A stretch of DNA of 63,761 bases, the filler included, from Pirum gemmata (Eukaryota): assembly GCA_002812295.1 (NCBI GenBank). It is 28 parts of 28 records of this genome, joined end to end, with 100 filler letters (N's around TTAATTAATTAA, not from the genome) between each part and the next. Parts side by side here need not be neighbours in the genome. Positions count along the whole stretch, not along the records: positions 50,786 to 52,861 come from PDIN01008654.1; positions 52,962 to 55,059 come from PDIN01008655.1; positions 55,160 to 57,256 come from PDIN01008656.1; positions 57,357 to 59,413 come from PDIN01008657.1; positions 59,514 to 61,585 come from PDIN01008658.1; positions 61,686 to 63,761 come from PDIN01008659.1; 22 more parts are not named here. One strand, 5' to 3'. Below the pieces are notes generated by a model. The model saw only the letters and a program-made list of their open reading frames with translations. It had not been told where the DNA came from and did no database searches. Shown piece by piece: positions 52,466-63,761 of this stretch. Both the position numbers and the translations under genes were made by a program. Each line of letters starts with the position of its first letter. The stretch's first letter is position 1.

Positions 52466-52552
52466 GTAAAATTCGTATAGATCAAGACCTCGAAGCTGAA
52501 GGTTATGATAGAATTATGGAAGAGCCTGCTTATCCAGACATTTATGCAAAAG
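52466..52552 (+). CDS. Isolated internal exon, unknown protein
   Basis: ttgtag|GKIRIDQDLEAEGYDRIMEEPAYPDIYAK|gtgggt is 87 nt, phase 1-1, flanked by CCCTAA tracts. Confidence 0.6.
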
Positions 52553-53094
52553 GTGGGTGGTTATTTTATTAAAATATTAAATAGCACATAATAAATAAAT
52601 AAATAATAAATAATACATGATAAATAATAAATAATAAATAACACCCGCAAGCTAATCCTAACCCTAATCCTAACCCTAACCCTAACCCTAATCCTAACCA
52701 TACCGCTAATCCTAATCCTAATCCTAATCCCAATCCTAATCCCAATCCTAAACCCTAAACCGTAAGCCCTAAACCCTAAACCCTAAACCGTAAACCCTAA
52801 ACCCTAAACCTAACCCTAAACCCCTAAACCCCTAAACCCCCTAAACCCCTAAACCCCTAAANNNNNNNNNNNNNNNNNNNNNNNNNNNNNNNNNNNNNNN
52901 NNNNNTTAATTAATTAANNNNNNNNNNNNNNNNNNNNNNNNNNNNNNNNNNNNNNNNNNNNTTATTATAATTATAATATTAATTAATTATTATTATTATT
53001 ATTATTAATATTATTATTATTTAAAAATTAACTTCTACAACACTATTCACTACTGCTAATACTATTATTATTATTATTATTAATGTTATTAAAA

Positions 53095-53139
<45 letters not shown>

Positions 53140-54092
53140 GACTAGTACTTCTTCTTTTACTACTACTACTATTACTACTACAACTACTACTACTACTACT
53201 ACTACTACTAACTACTACTACGATTACTACTACTACTACTACTATTAATACTATTAATTAAATACTACTATTACTACTACTACCACTACTGCTACTGCTA
53301 CTACTATTATCAGATACTACTACTACTACACTACTACTATTACTACGGGTAGCCGCAGCACCTCACCATCCAAAATTTCCAAGACCAACCAACGCATCTA
53401 ATTTAACCAATAGCTGTTAAGAATTGAATATATATTTATATATCATATAAAAAAAAAAAAAAAAAAAAATAGCCAAGCTGGATAAAACTGTAGAAAAATT
53501 AGAAATCATTTTTTTAGACTGCATATTATAATTTATAACTCGCCAAATATTTTTTAAAAAAACTATTCATTGGCTCAGAATAGTGTTTTCTAAGTTAAAG
53601 TATTTCTCGCATTTTGGTAGTACTTCTATTAAAATTAGACCAATTTTCGATTTTTTCGATTTTTTCGATTTTTGAGTTTTTATCTGACTTGGTAGTTAAA
53701 AAAAAAAAAAAAAAAACCTAACCAAAACAATCAAAAAAGCACAAAAAAGAAAAAAAAAAAAAAAAACTACTAATCAAAATAATTCAAAAAGTCCATAAAA
53801 GGAAAAAAGAAAATCAAGTTGCAAAAAATTCCCCATAATAAGTTACGTCAAGGGTAGGTAGATAGGTGGTATTTGACCGGGAATTAACGTCGAGGGGTAG
53901 GTAGGTAGGGGTATTTGAAGCTGTATTTGACNTTTTTTTTTTTTTTTTTTTTTTTTCGAGTTTTTAAAAAATGAGGCAATCTAGATTCTAGGAAGACTTA
54001 GATTAATGATGATCTAACAAACTTTCAAACTAAAATTATTTTTGACATCATTTGATTTTGAATCGAATAATAAGTAATGTTCGAACACTATA

Positions 54093-54226
54093 GGGAGCGT
54101 TCAAATAATACGACACGTCAAGGGGTAGGTAGGTAGGCGGTATTTGACCGGAAATTAAAGTCAAGGGGTAGGTAGGTAGGGGTATTTGAAGCTGTATTTG
54201 GCGTTACGTAGTATTTGAACGCTCCC
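54093..54226. mobile_element. MITE family B, PIF/Harbinger (Tourist)-like
   Basis: TIR GGGAGCGTTCAAATA...TATTTGAACGCTCCC flanked by ATA/ATA (3-bp TSD), with internal AGGGGTAGGTAGGTAGG repeats. Other copies or ends lie at about 37750-37869, 42446-42517, 50786-50879, 53840-53930 and 60995-61133, followed by TAA, TTA or TAT where the end is intact. Confidence 0.8.
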
Positions 54227-55170
54227 ATACGATACGAATACCAGTAATAATAATTATTTCTAAACCGCAAGTTGCTTTATATGGTTATTTTGGAGATACT
54301 GGAAAACATTACTAATCAAACAGTTCGATCCTAATTATTAAATAGTGACAATTTTGAAATGATACTCTTTTCTTTTTTTTCGAGAATTCTATATAAAATT
54401 TCTTTAGGTAGTCAATACTTAAAAAATAAGATCGAAAATTTTTGAAAGTTTCGAACTAGTCTCGATTCGATGGTTTTTACCACATCTACCCCTATGGGGA
54501 CAGCATCATTACTAAAAAAAGAAGATTTTTTTTTGTTTTTTTTTTTTGTTTTTTTGCGGTTTTTTTGCAAGACAGTTCTAGTAGCTGTTCTAGTTCAACT
54601 ACAACAAAAACAACAACAAAAGAAAAAAACAACTAAACAACTAAACAACTAAACAACTAAACAACATACACCAACTTTAACTATACAACAAACAACAAAA
54701 CAACAAAGCAACAATACTACAAAACATCAACTCAAAAAAACAACAGAACAACAAAACAACAGAACAACAAAACAACAAATTATTAACAAAACAACAAAAC
54801 AACAGAACAACAAAACAATAAATTATTAACAAAACAACAAAACAACAAAACAACAAAACAACAAAACCACAATACAACAAAACCACAAAACAACAAAACA
54901 ACAAAACAACAAAACAACAAAACAACAACACAATAAAACAATAAAACAACAAAACAACAAAACAACAAAACAACAAAACAACAAAACAACAAAACCACAA
55001 AACAACAAAACCACAAAACAACAAAACAACAAAACAACAAAACAACAAAACAACAACACNNNNNNNNNNNNNNNNNNNNNNNNNNNNNNNNNNNNNNNNN
55101 NNNTTAATTAATTAANNNNNNNNNNNNNNNNNNNNNNNNNNNNNNNNNNNNNNNNNNNNAAAAAAAATCA

Positions 55171-55203
<33 letters not shown>

Positions 55204-55403
55204 ATAAAAAAAAAAAAAAAAATTGTCTTTTCCTTTTTTTTTTAGTTTATTACTCCTTTTATTATTTTGTTATGTATGATCATCTGGTTTGTTAGTATAT
55301 GATAGTGTAATAATAGAAGTATTAATATTGTTTATATTATTATATTAAATATTAACTATTGTAAACAGTTTGAATTTCTATATAATAAAAAGAAAATTTA
55401 AAA

Positions 55404-57224
55404 ATGGCACGACAATATACAAAGCAAGAAATGAAATTCATTGAAGAATGTAAAACTGTAAAAGAAATTATTGACCAAAATGATGTGGCATCATTTAGTA
55501 ATTTTGTGAAGAACCAACCACACACAGCTCATCAGCAAGGTATAATGATACCTACATCCGACGCGGAAATATTGATGGAGACATTGAAACTAAAAGAACA
55601 GTTAATTGCAAACAATAATAGTTGTATGCCAGACGTTATGCAAAAAATAATTCTGACACGATTTCAATTCAGAAAAGGTTTGACACCTCTTATGTACGCT
55701 GCAGCTTGTGGTGCAGAAGAAATTGTGCAGTATTTGGTAACAACAATAGGTGTACACGTTGGTGTGATTAACAGTGGTATGACCGCGTTAGATTATTCTA
55801 TTAAATTGTGTCTTGACGAGAGTAAAAGAAATGGAATAGTTCAATGTTTATTGAATCATGGTGGTGCTCAATATCTTGAAAAAGAAACTCCTAGCTTATG
55901 TTTTGCTTGCACTGTTGATACTCCTAATATTCACGTTATAGTGGAATTGTTATTGAAACACGGCGCTAATCCTAATAGTAGAAGTATAGATTATGCAGAT
56001 TTTACACCCTTAATGTTATCTATTAAATACGAAATATCGAGTTTTGCTATAAAATGTTTAGTCAACAGCGGTGCAGATGTCAATTTAGGCACTTCAGATG
56101 GTATGACGCCTTTAGCTGTTGCAGCTAAACATATACATATATCAACTGTTAGTTATTTATTAATGTATGGGGCTTCTTATACCTCTGGGGAGGATCCGCT
56201 GGCATTCATTCACCCTGCTGGTCGTTGCCACCCTCTTGTAGAGTCTGTAGTTAAAAAGGTCATAAATGATCATATAATAATAGCTACACACAGGATCCCT
56301 GAGATGGACACACTATCAGCTATTAAATTCGTTTACTATATTTTACTTTCAGCTATACAAACTCGAAATGGAGAAGCTGTAACCCACTGTCTAAACATTT
56401 TGAGATCAACTGCGGTTTTTAGAGGGTTAGAATTAAAAGAAGTATTCAATATACCATCACCAACGCCCCACCGCTTACCTTATACCCCAGTACAAGTGGC
56501 TTGTTTACATGGGTATGATGATATGTTAGAACTATTACTGTCTTCAGTACCTGTAGATATCAATTATAAAAACGAAGAAAATGAAACTGCACTAGATATG
56601 GCTATGAAATATCAGCATTCCAAATGTGTAGAATTGCTAAAACAACATCAACACAACGAGCTACCACCTTATACATCTTCTGACAGTATTTCTGCTCAAC
56701 ATCAACTAGAACAACCACAATATTCTAACTCACAAGTACCATTACTACAACAACCAACGAAAAAGGCACAACAGCAACCACAACAATCACAACAACCACA
56801 ACGAACACCACAACCACCACCACAACATGTACAACTGCAACATATACAACCACAACACATACAACCACAACACATACAACCACAACACATACAACCACAA
56901 CACATACAACCACAACTACTACAACACCATACATCACAACCACAACTCATGCAACCACAACGACTACAACACCATACATCACAACCACAATCCAGACAAC
57001 CTACGAAACTAGGGAAAAAATCAGTGGTTGCTAGCTGCAGCCATTGTGGGAGTCATGAAATGACAAAGGTGAAAAGTAGAACTGGTTGGGGCACGATTAC
57101 AATGTGTTTTTTGACGTCTTTTTGTTTTTTGTGTTGTGTCCCTTTTTGTGGTGGTTGTTGTAAAGATAAAGTTCATACATGTCGTAATTGTAGAAGAGAA
57201 ATAGGAAGAAACTCATTTTTTTAA
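55404..57224 (+). CDS. Ankyrin-repeat protein with Q/P-rich linker and C-terminal LITAF (zf-LITAF) domain
   Basis: Intronless 606 aa with ankyrin motifs (GLTPLMYAA, GMTALDY, TPLML, GMTPLAVAA, ETALDMA), a PPxY (LPPY) motif, and CSHC...hydrophobic...HTCRNC at the C-terminus. Confidence 0.9.
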   Translation: MARQYTKQEMKFIEECKTVKEIIDQNDVASFSNFVKNQPHTAHQQGIMIPTSDAEILMETLKLKEQLIANNNSCMPDVMQKIILTRFQFRKGLTPLMYAAACGAEEIVQYLVTTIGVHVGVINSGMTALDYSIKLCLDESKRNGIVQCLLNHGGAQYLEKETPSLCFACTVDTPNIHVIVELLLKHGANPNSRSIDYADFTPLMLSIKYEISSFAIKCLVNSGADVNLGTSDGMTPLAVAAKHIHISTVSYLLMYGASYTSGEDPLAFIHPAGRCHPLVESVVKKVINDHIIIATHRIPEMDTLSAIKFVYYILLSAIQTRNGEAVTHCLNILRSTAVFRGLELKEVFNIPSPTPHRLPYTPVQVACLHGYDDMLELLLSSVPVDINYKNEENETALDMAMKYQHSKCVELLKQHQHNELPPYTSSDSISAQHQLEQPQYSNSQVPLLQQPTKKAQQQPQQSQQPQRTPQPPPQHVQLQHIQPQHIQPQHIQPQHIQPQHIQPQLLQHHTSQPQLMQPQRLQHHTSQPQSRQPTKLGKKSVVASCSHCGSHEMTKVKSRTGWGTITMCFLTSFCFLCCVPFCGGCCKDKVHTCRNCRREIGRNSFF

Positions 57225-57662
57225 TTATTAATATTATTATATGTTAAATAATAATANNNNNNNNNNNNNNNNNNNNNNNNNNNNNNNNNNNNNNNNNNNN
57301 TTAATTAATTAANNNNNNNNNNNNNNNNNNNNNNNNNNNNNNNNNNNNNNNNNNNNATAATAATAATAATAATAAAAGGTTCCTACTAACTGGGTGTCAA
57401 ATCAGCATAAGATAATCCCCCACCACAATACCCTGTATCACGAGAGGAAGACATGCCAAACAAACCTATTCCTAATACTCCAAATACCAATACCAAAACC
57501 AATATCAATACCAATATCAAAACCAAAACCAAAACCAATATTAATACCAATACTAATAACTAATAGCAATTTACATGATACACAATACATAATACACAAT
57601 ACATAATACACAATACATAATACACAATACATAATACACAATACATAATACACAATACATAC

Positions 57663-58664
57663 CGAAGAAGCTAATAATGGTTCAATACTTTCAATGCTAC
57701 TACCATATTCCAAAGTTACAGATTGCAATTGTTTAAAAGATGTCAAAGTTGATAAACTTTTTAGATCACAGAAATATGTTGCATGAACAGTTTTAATTCT
57801 TTGAAAACACACCAAATTGCTGGGAAATTGTTGCTGAGGCTAAAATGTTTTTAAAATAAAGTTTAGCGGCGTACTTTGAAAACGACAATTATTATTATGA
57901 TGGTGATGAACGAAACTTTAAGTGTAAACACTTTCGTGATAACAAAGATGATTATGGATATGGTGCTGGTGCTGTTGGTGGTTGGTAAATGGTGATTGGT
58001 GGTTGGTGGTTGGTGGTTGGTGGTTGGTGGTTGGTGGTTGGTGGTTGGTGGTTGGTGGTTGGTGGTTGGTGGTTGGTGGTTGGTGGNNNNNNNNNNNNNN
58101 NNNNNNNNNNNNNNNNNNNNNNNNNNNNNNNNNNNNNNNNNNNNNNNNNNNNNNNNNTGGTGGTTGGTGGTTGGTGGTTGGTGGTTGGTGGTTGGTGGTT
58201 GGTGGTTGGTGGTTGGTGGTTGGTGGTTGGTGGTTGGTGGTTAGCAAGTAGGTAGTGGTTCGCACTGGTGGTCAATGGGGGGTGGTTAGCATCATAGATG
58301 GCTTTTGGTGGGTCGTGGCTAGCTAGTGGGGTGGGTCACGGTGGTGGCTGGATGGTGTAAGTAAGTGATGGTAGGTGGTGAGTGGTGAGTGGTGAGTGTG
58401 TGGTTGTTAGTGTGTGTGGTTAGTGTGGTGGTATTTAGTGGTTTGTGGGTGGTGGGTGGTGGGTATTCATATATAAATGAAATCAAGTACGTGTTTTGCT
58501 TCCAAAGTCATTCGACTTAAATATTTCAACACAGCCGCCTTTGCTGTTTTGGAGGACAATAATAGTGTGTATACATCTTTTTTATTCTCTATATGTTCTA
58601 ACAATAGTTCTATTAGTTTAGAAAGAATAGAGTTAGTAACAATCATCTTTCGCATCTTCTGCAT
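57663..58664 (-). CDS. F-box-like / LRR protein fragment (exons about 58664-58491 and 57839-57663)
   Basis: LIELLLEHIENKKDVYTLLLSSK is F-box-like and DLKSLSTLTSFKQLQSVTLEYGSSIESIEPL is LRR-like. Phase-0 GT-AG boundaries are compatible. Confidence 0.55.
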
Positions 58665-60132
58665 CTTGCTATTTACGATAATTAAAAACTATGACTACAT
58701 AGCTCAACAATATTTATCATATATATAATAATATTATAATATAAAATGTCAGTTTGTTATTATCAATACAATAATAATACTACTATATATAAATAATTAT
58801 AGAAATAATTATTGTGATAAAAATTAATAATCACATTCTTTTTCTGCTCGACCTGTAAGAAGACAGGGTTTCATCTTTTTTTCTTCTTTATTTACAGAAA
58901 TGTAAATAAACACTACCCAATTAATGTTACTTGGGATAAATATAAATAATTTGGTAGTATATATGTAATTTAATATTGTTAAAATGTTTGACAAAAAAAG
59001 CAAAAATAAATTTTTAAGATACCTAAATAATAATTGCATGGAATTTTGTGTGATGTCACTGAGCAGTGATGGTCCGTTACTTTTATTTTTTTTATTTTTT
59101 ATTTTTTTGATGAAATTTTATTTTTTTTTTAAAAAAATAAAGATTTGTTGTAAAAACTAGCCAAATACTTTTTAAAAACTAGCCATTTATTTATAATAGA
59201 CCTTTGTTAGTTAAAAAATTAATCAAAATTTGGTAGCATTTTTATTTTAATTGGACTATTTTGAGATTTTTTGGATTTTTGAGCTCAGTTCGTACAGTAC
59301 TTTCCCTTACATTGTCGCTGATCTAACATTAGTATAGTATTAGTATCATCTACAAGAAGAAGAAAAGGAAATAAATTGACTTAGAAGTGATGTTATTATT
59401 ATTATTATTATTANNNNNNNNNNNNNNNNNNNNNNNNNNNNNNNNNNNNNNNNNNNNTTAATTAATTAANNNNNNNNNNNNNNNNNNNNNNNNNNNNNNN
59501 NNNNNNNNNNNNNAAAAGTATCAATTTAAATATTATAAAGAACCAAATAAATATTCGGGGTGACAAAATAAATGAAAAGCACTAGTCTATAGTCTATCTA
59601 GCTAGTCTGGATAAAATTAAATTTTTTTATATAGGTCTAGACAAGTCTAATAGTGCTTGTTGTAGAGTGCTAACTAAAGTCTATCAAGGTCACTGCAAGA
59701 ATCATCCATATAAAGGACGTCACCTTTTCTTACCTATGCCTCTTTGCCCAAAACACTTTTGGTCATAATTTTTTAAAGTTCATTTTAATAATTAATTATT
59801 GCCTAAAACAGTTTAAGTCACGCTTTTGAGAAAAGAATAAGTCACGCCCTTTATCAATGTTCCCCTTGGCTACTACTACTAGTAGCTAGATAGGGTAGTA
59901 GCTCTCTAGCTAGAGCTACTAGTAGCTAGCTAGTAGCATCATCTCTAGCTGGTACCAATGGATGGTAGTCTCAGGACTCTCAGCTAGACATAAAAAAGGT
60001 AAAAAGAGTAAAAGAGCACTAGATATGGAAAAAAAACCCCTACAAAATTGGCGCTTCTTTTTTCATCGCCTAAAAAACCCTATGATAATAGTAATAACCC
60101 CTACTAAAGCTATTGATAATAACAGTTTCCTG

Positions 60133-60330
60133 TAATAACCCCCTAATAACCCCTAATAACCCTCTAATAACCACCTAATAACCCCCTAATAACCCCCTAA
60201 TAACCCTCTAATAACCCTCTAATAACCCTCTAATAACCCTCTAATAACCCTCTAATAACCCTCTAAACCCCTAATAACCAATTAATAACCTCTAATAACC
60301 CCTAATAACCCCCCACTAATAACCCCTTAC
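60133..60330. repeat. 11-bp minisatellite TAATAACCC(C/T)C
   Basis: About 17 tandem units, visually related to the CCCTAA motif. Confidence 0.85.
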
Positions 60331-63300
60331 GATAATGTATATAACACTAATAACCCTAACTAGTAGTAGACTAACCCAAAAAATAAAAATAAATGCTCTA
60401 GTCCTCTCCAAGAATTGTAATCTAATAAAGAAGTGTAAAAAAGAGCTAGCTAGCTAGCTAGCTAGCTAGAGAAGTAAGCGCGGAAATTTGCGAAAATTCA
60501 ATTTGACGTCGAGTGGTTTTCAAGTTTCAACCGAGGGTCAGGAGGCAACCGAGGGTCAGGAGGCAACCGAGGGGCGGGGGGCCAAAAGAGGGGTCAAGAG
60601 GGGTCAAGAGGGTCAAGGAGTCAGGGCTGGGCCAGTCGGCCACCAATGAACGGAAAGAAAACAACCCCTATTTATCTACTGGTACTCTCAATGTATTATT
60701 TGGTAAATGTAGACTAATGTTTTTATATAAATCAATTTTCTCAAATTGTATAATAATAATTTGGTAGTTTATGTAATAATTTGGTGGATTTTAATATTAT
60801 TTGGTAAATTTAATTTTTTTATAAATCAATTTTCTCAAATTGTTTAATAATAATTTGGTAGTATATGTAATAATTTGGTAGAATATGTTATTATTTTGGT
60901 AGTCTATGTTTCATTAACATTTTTTTCGACAGCACTCTAGCTAGCTAGCTAGAGTCAGTCTCGAGTCCTAGTCTACTTTATTTCAAGTTATTTCATGTAA
61001 CGCCAATTTCCGGTCAAGTGCTGCTTCAAATACCCCTCCCGAGTCCCTACCTACCTACCCCTTGACGTTAATTTCCGGTCAAATACCGCCTACCTACCTT
61101 CCCCTTGACGTGACGTATTACTTAAACGCTCCCTATGAACTATATGAACCTAGTAGTAGTAGAACTATGAAACTACTCTGTGAAACTACTATGAACCCGT
61201 GTTTGATTTCAACAAAATGCCAAACAATCCAGGCCATATCGATCAAAATTAGTTTTGATCTTAATTAACATTACATAATCTAACTAGCATAATCTAACAG
61301 CTTTGCCAACTGTTAGAATTAGTACACACGTATTATTTTAAAACCAAGCAACAACTCACAACACTCTACTAATAATCAAACTACTACTTCGCCATATCAA
61401 AATTAGTTTTGATCTTAATTAACATTACATAATCTAACTAACAGCTCTGCCAACTGATTGAAGACAGATTATTAGAATTAGTACACACGTATTATTAAAA
61501 CCAAGCAACAACTCACAACACTCTACTAATAATCAAACTACTACTTCGTTACTATCACCACAATGGTATCAGCCGCAATATGAAANNNNNNNNNNNNNNN
61601 NNNNNNNNNNNNNNNNNNNNNNNNNNNNNTTAATTAATTAANNNNNNNNNNNNNNNNNNNNNNNNNNNNNNNNNNNNNNNNNNNNTTACTTCACTTATCT
61701 TTATTTTAATTAAATAATAAGTTTGAAAAATATGTTAATGCATGTTTACAATTTTGTAACAGAACTAAATGAAAACTTATGACGGTTTATTATTTTAATT
61801 AAAAAAGAAAGTAAAATATTTAAAAATAACAAAAAATTATAATAAAAAATATAATTTTCATTATTTTTTTCATAAACTTTCATATATCATATATGATATC
61901 TGATACACTTTTGCCCTTGTGCTGGCTAGCACTTTTGTAAACTACCACTGTAGACTCGTTATCGTCTATTTTATTACAGTTGTCCTCGCAATCTTTAATT
62001 TGGTATTATTTAAATGTATAATTGAACTTATTCATAAGATAAACTTCAATCCGTCCATGTTAGAAATTTCGACAAAAATTTCATTATTTAATAAAACGCT
62101 CAAGTTTCCTTCGATAAATTTCAAACATGGATAATAATGAGGCTAAGAATATTAAGATGGATAACGTTGATGTTTCTATCATTTAAGATTCAAAGAAGGA
62201 AAGAATCGAGGGACTAGAAGAATTACAACAGAAATTGAGCGAGTTAGACAATATTGAAAAAACGGCTTACAATAAGAAACGAGCAGATAAATATGGTGAG
62301 AAGTATAACGCAGATAGACGTAATAATTACAACTACAACTTTAAAATCATAACAGAAATAATAATAATTTTAAAAGAAACTTATTAACAATTCTAATAAC
62401 ACTTCGCTCTAGCAATTGTAATAGCAATAGAAATTATGATAATAAAAACTATAATGGTAAGAGTTATAACAATAATTGCAACAATAACATTATAACAAAA
62501 CAAGAATAGTTATGTAAATCAACAATTTTACAATTAGCTTTATGGTCACAAAATCAGGACAAAAAACAAGGGAATAACGACGATTTAATTAGCAACTGTT
62601 TGGAACAAACATAGGAAAAAATAATAGCTTATAATTGGGAGAAAGAAATTTTAGTAAAATAACAATTACTAGGGTATAAGGTATATATAAAACAAAAAAT
62701 AACTATATCAGTATTTAAGTGAAGCTCACTACAGAATCCAATTAAGGTCTTATCATAATAATACTATCAACGGTGGGATAACAACAATCTAATTAAGGAT
62801 TTTACAAAAACATAATAGACTATCATGAATAATAGTTGCAGCAATAACAAGTACACAACTAACAACCAACAAAAACAAAACAAACAAAACTGAACACTTT
62901 TGTTAACAAACGATAGCAAAACAAAAAACAAAAAACACACAAACAAAAGCAAACGAAAAAACGGGAGCATTTTACCACTTATATATAGACTATTTTGCTT
63001 GCTATGATAAATTTTCTTGCTTTTTTTTTAAAGTTTTTCTTGCACTTGTTTTCTTTATTATTATACGTACCAGCACTCACGATTATGGCCCTTTATGGCA
63101 TTATTACCACGCGGTTATCACTCACGTGATCATTGTTAATCCAGCAATAACTTTTATTTATATAAACTTAATCGTTAAACTATCAGACATGTTTTAATTC
63201 ATTTGGTATTTTATGTTTAATGTTTTACTGTATAAGCAAGTTCGATTAGTTATTCCATTGGTAGGATGGGGGTTTCTAATACTTTCTATTATAACCCCCA

Positions 63301-63387
63301 TAAACTATATATATATATGATTATCCATATTATTAGTCATTATTAGGAACATTCATTAACGACATCATCATAAAAACACCACAGACT

Positions 63388-63554
63388 CATCTGACCTATT
63401 ATATGACAATTATAAGCTTTCAGATTGCAATCTAAGCCCTCCCACCATCTGAACGATTATATGACAATTATAAGCTTTCAGATTGCAATCTAAGCCCTCT
63501 CACCATCTGACCTAGTAGATGACAATTATAAGCTTTCAGATTGTAATCTAAGCC
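63388..63554. repeat. 58-bp tandem repeat x3
   Basis: CATCTGA...ATGACAATTATAAGCTTTCAGATTG(C/T)AATCTAAGCC starting at 63388, 63446 and 63504. Confidence 0.9.
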
Positions 63555-63761
63555 ATTAAATGGCAATCTAGAAAAAGGGTCATTTAATAGCTACTCTGGA
63601 GTCTGGTGGTAGTAGTATAATTAATTCTTGCCCATTTTTTTTTTGCCTAAAAAAAAAATCTGCTAAAATATAAATTACATAGATATTTTTATTTATTATT
63701 TTATATTTTATCCTTTTTATTGTTGTCATTTTATTATTTATTATTATTATTATTATTATTA

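Overview
This is not a contiguous locus. It is a pseudo-scaffold of 28 small contigs (mostly about 2.1 kb; one about 3 kb and one about 4 kb) joined by 27 artificial 100-nt linkers (44 N + TTAATTAATTAA + 44 N), so adjacency across linkers has no biological meaning. The source is a very AT-rich eukaryote with GT-AG introns full of microsatellites and interstitial (TTAGGG)n tracts. The gene content (ADAM10-like protease, EGF+LRR protein, RME-8, MAEA, GBA2, bacterial-type genes with introns) would fit a unicellular holozoan such as an ichthyosporean, but that is inference only. Most entries in the ORF track are microsatellite artefacts. Gene fragments recovered by reading exons by hand: EGF/LRR protein, GBA2, lipoate-protein ligase, a PAS domain, ADAM10-like, MIPEP, AGL, Fe-S L-serine dehydratase, MAEA, an 11-mer-repeat protein, DNAJC13/RME-8, NhaC antiporter, ankyrin-LITAF and F-box/LRR-like. 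At least six MITE-like families recur across contigs. The most unusual items are: (i) an AGL exon surrounded by six truncated copies of itself, each welded to TTAGGG tracts; (ii) a CRISPR-like array of 25-bp palindromic repeats with unique spacers; (iii) a micro-inversion between 11-bp inverted repeats that restores a LINE-like ORF when flipped, next to a virus-like T5orf172 pseudogene; (iv) two intron-containing bacterial-type genes. All homology calls are from remembered motifs, not database searches.
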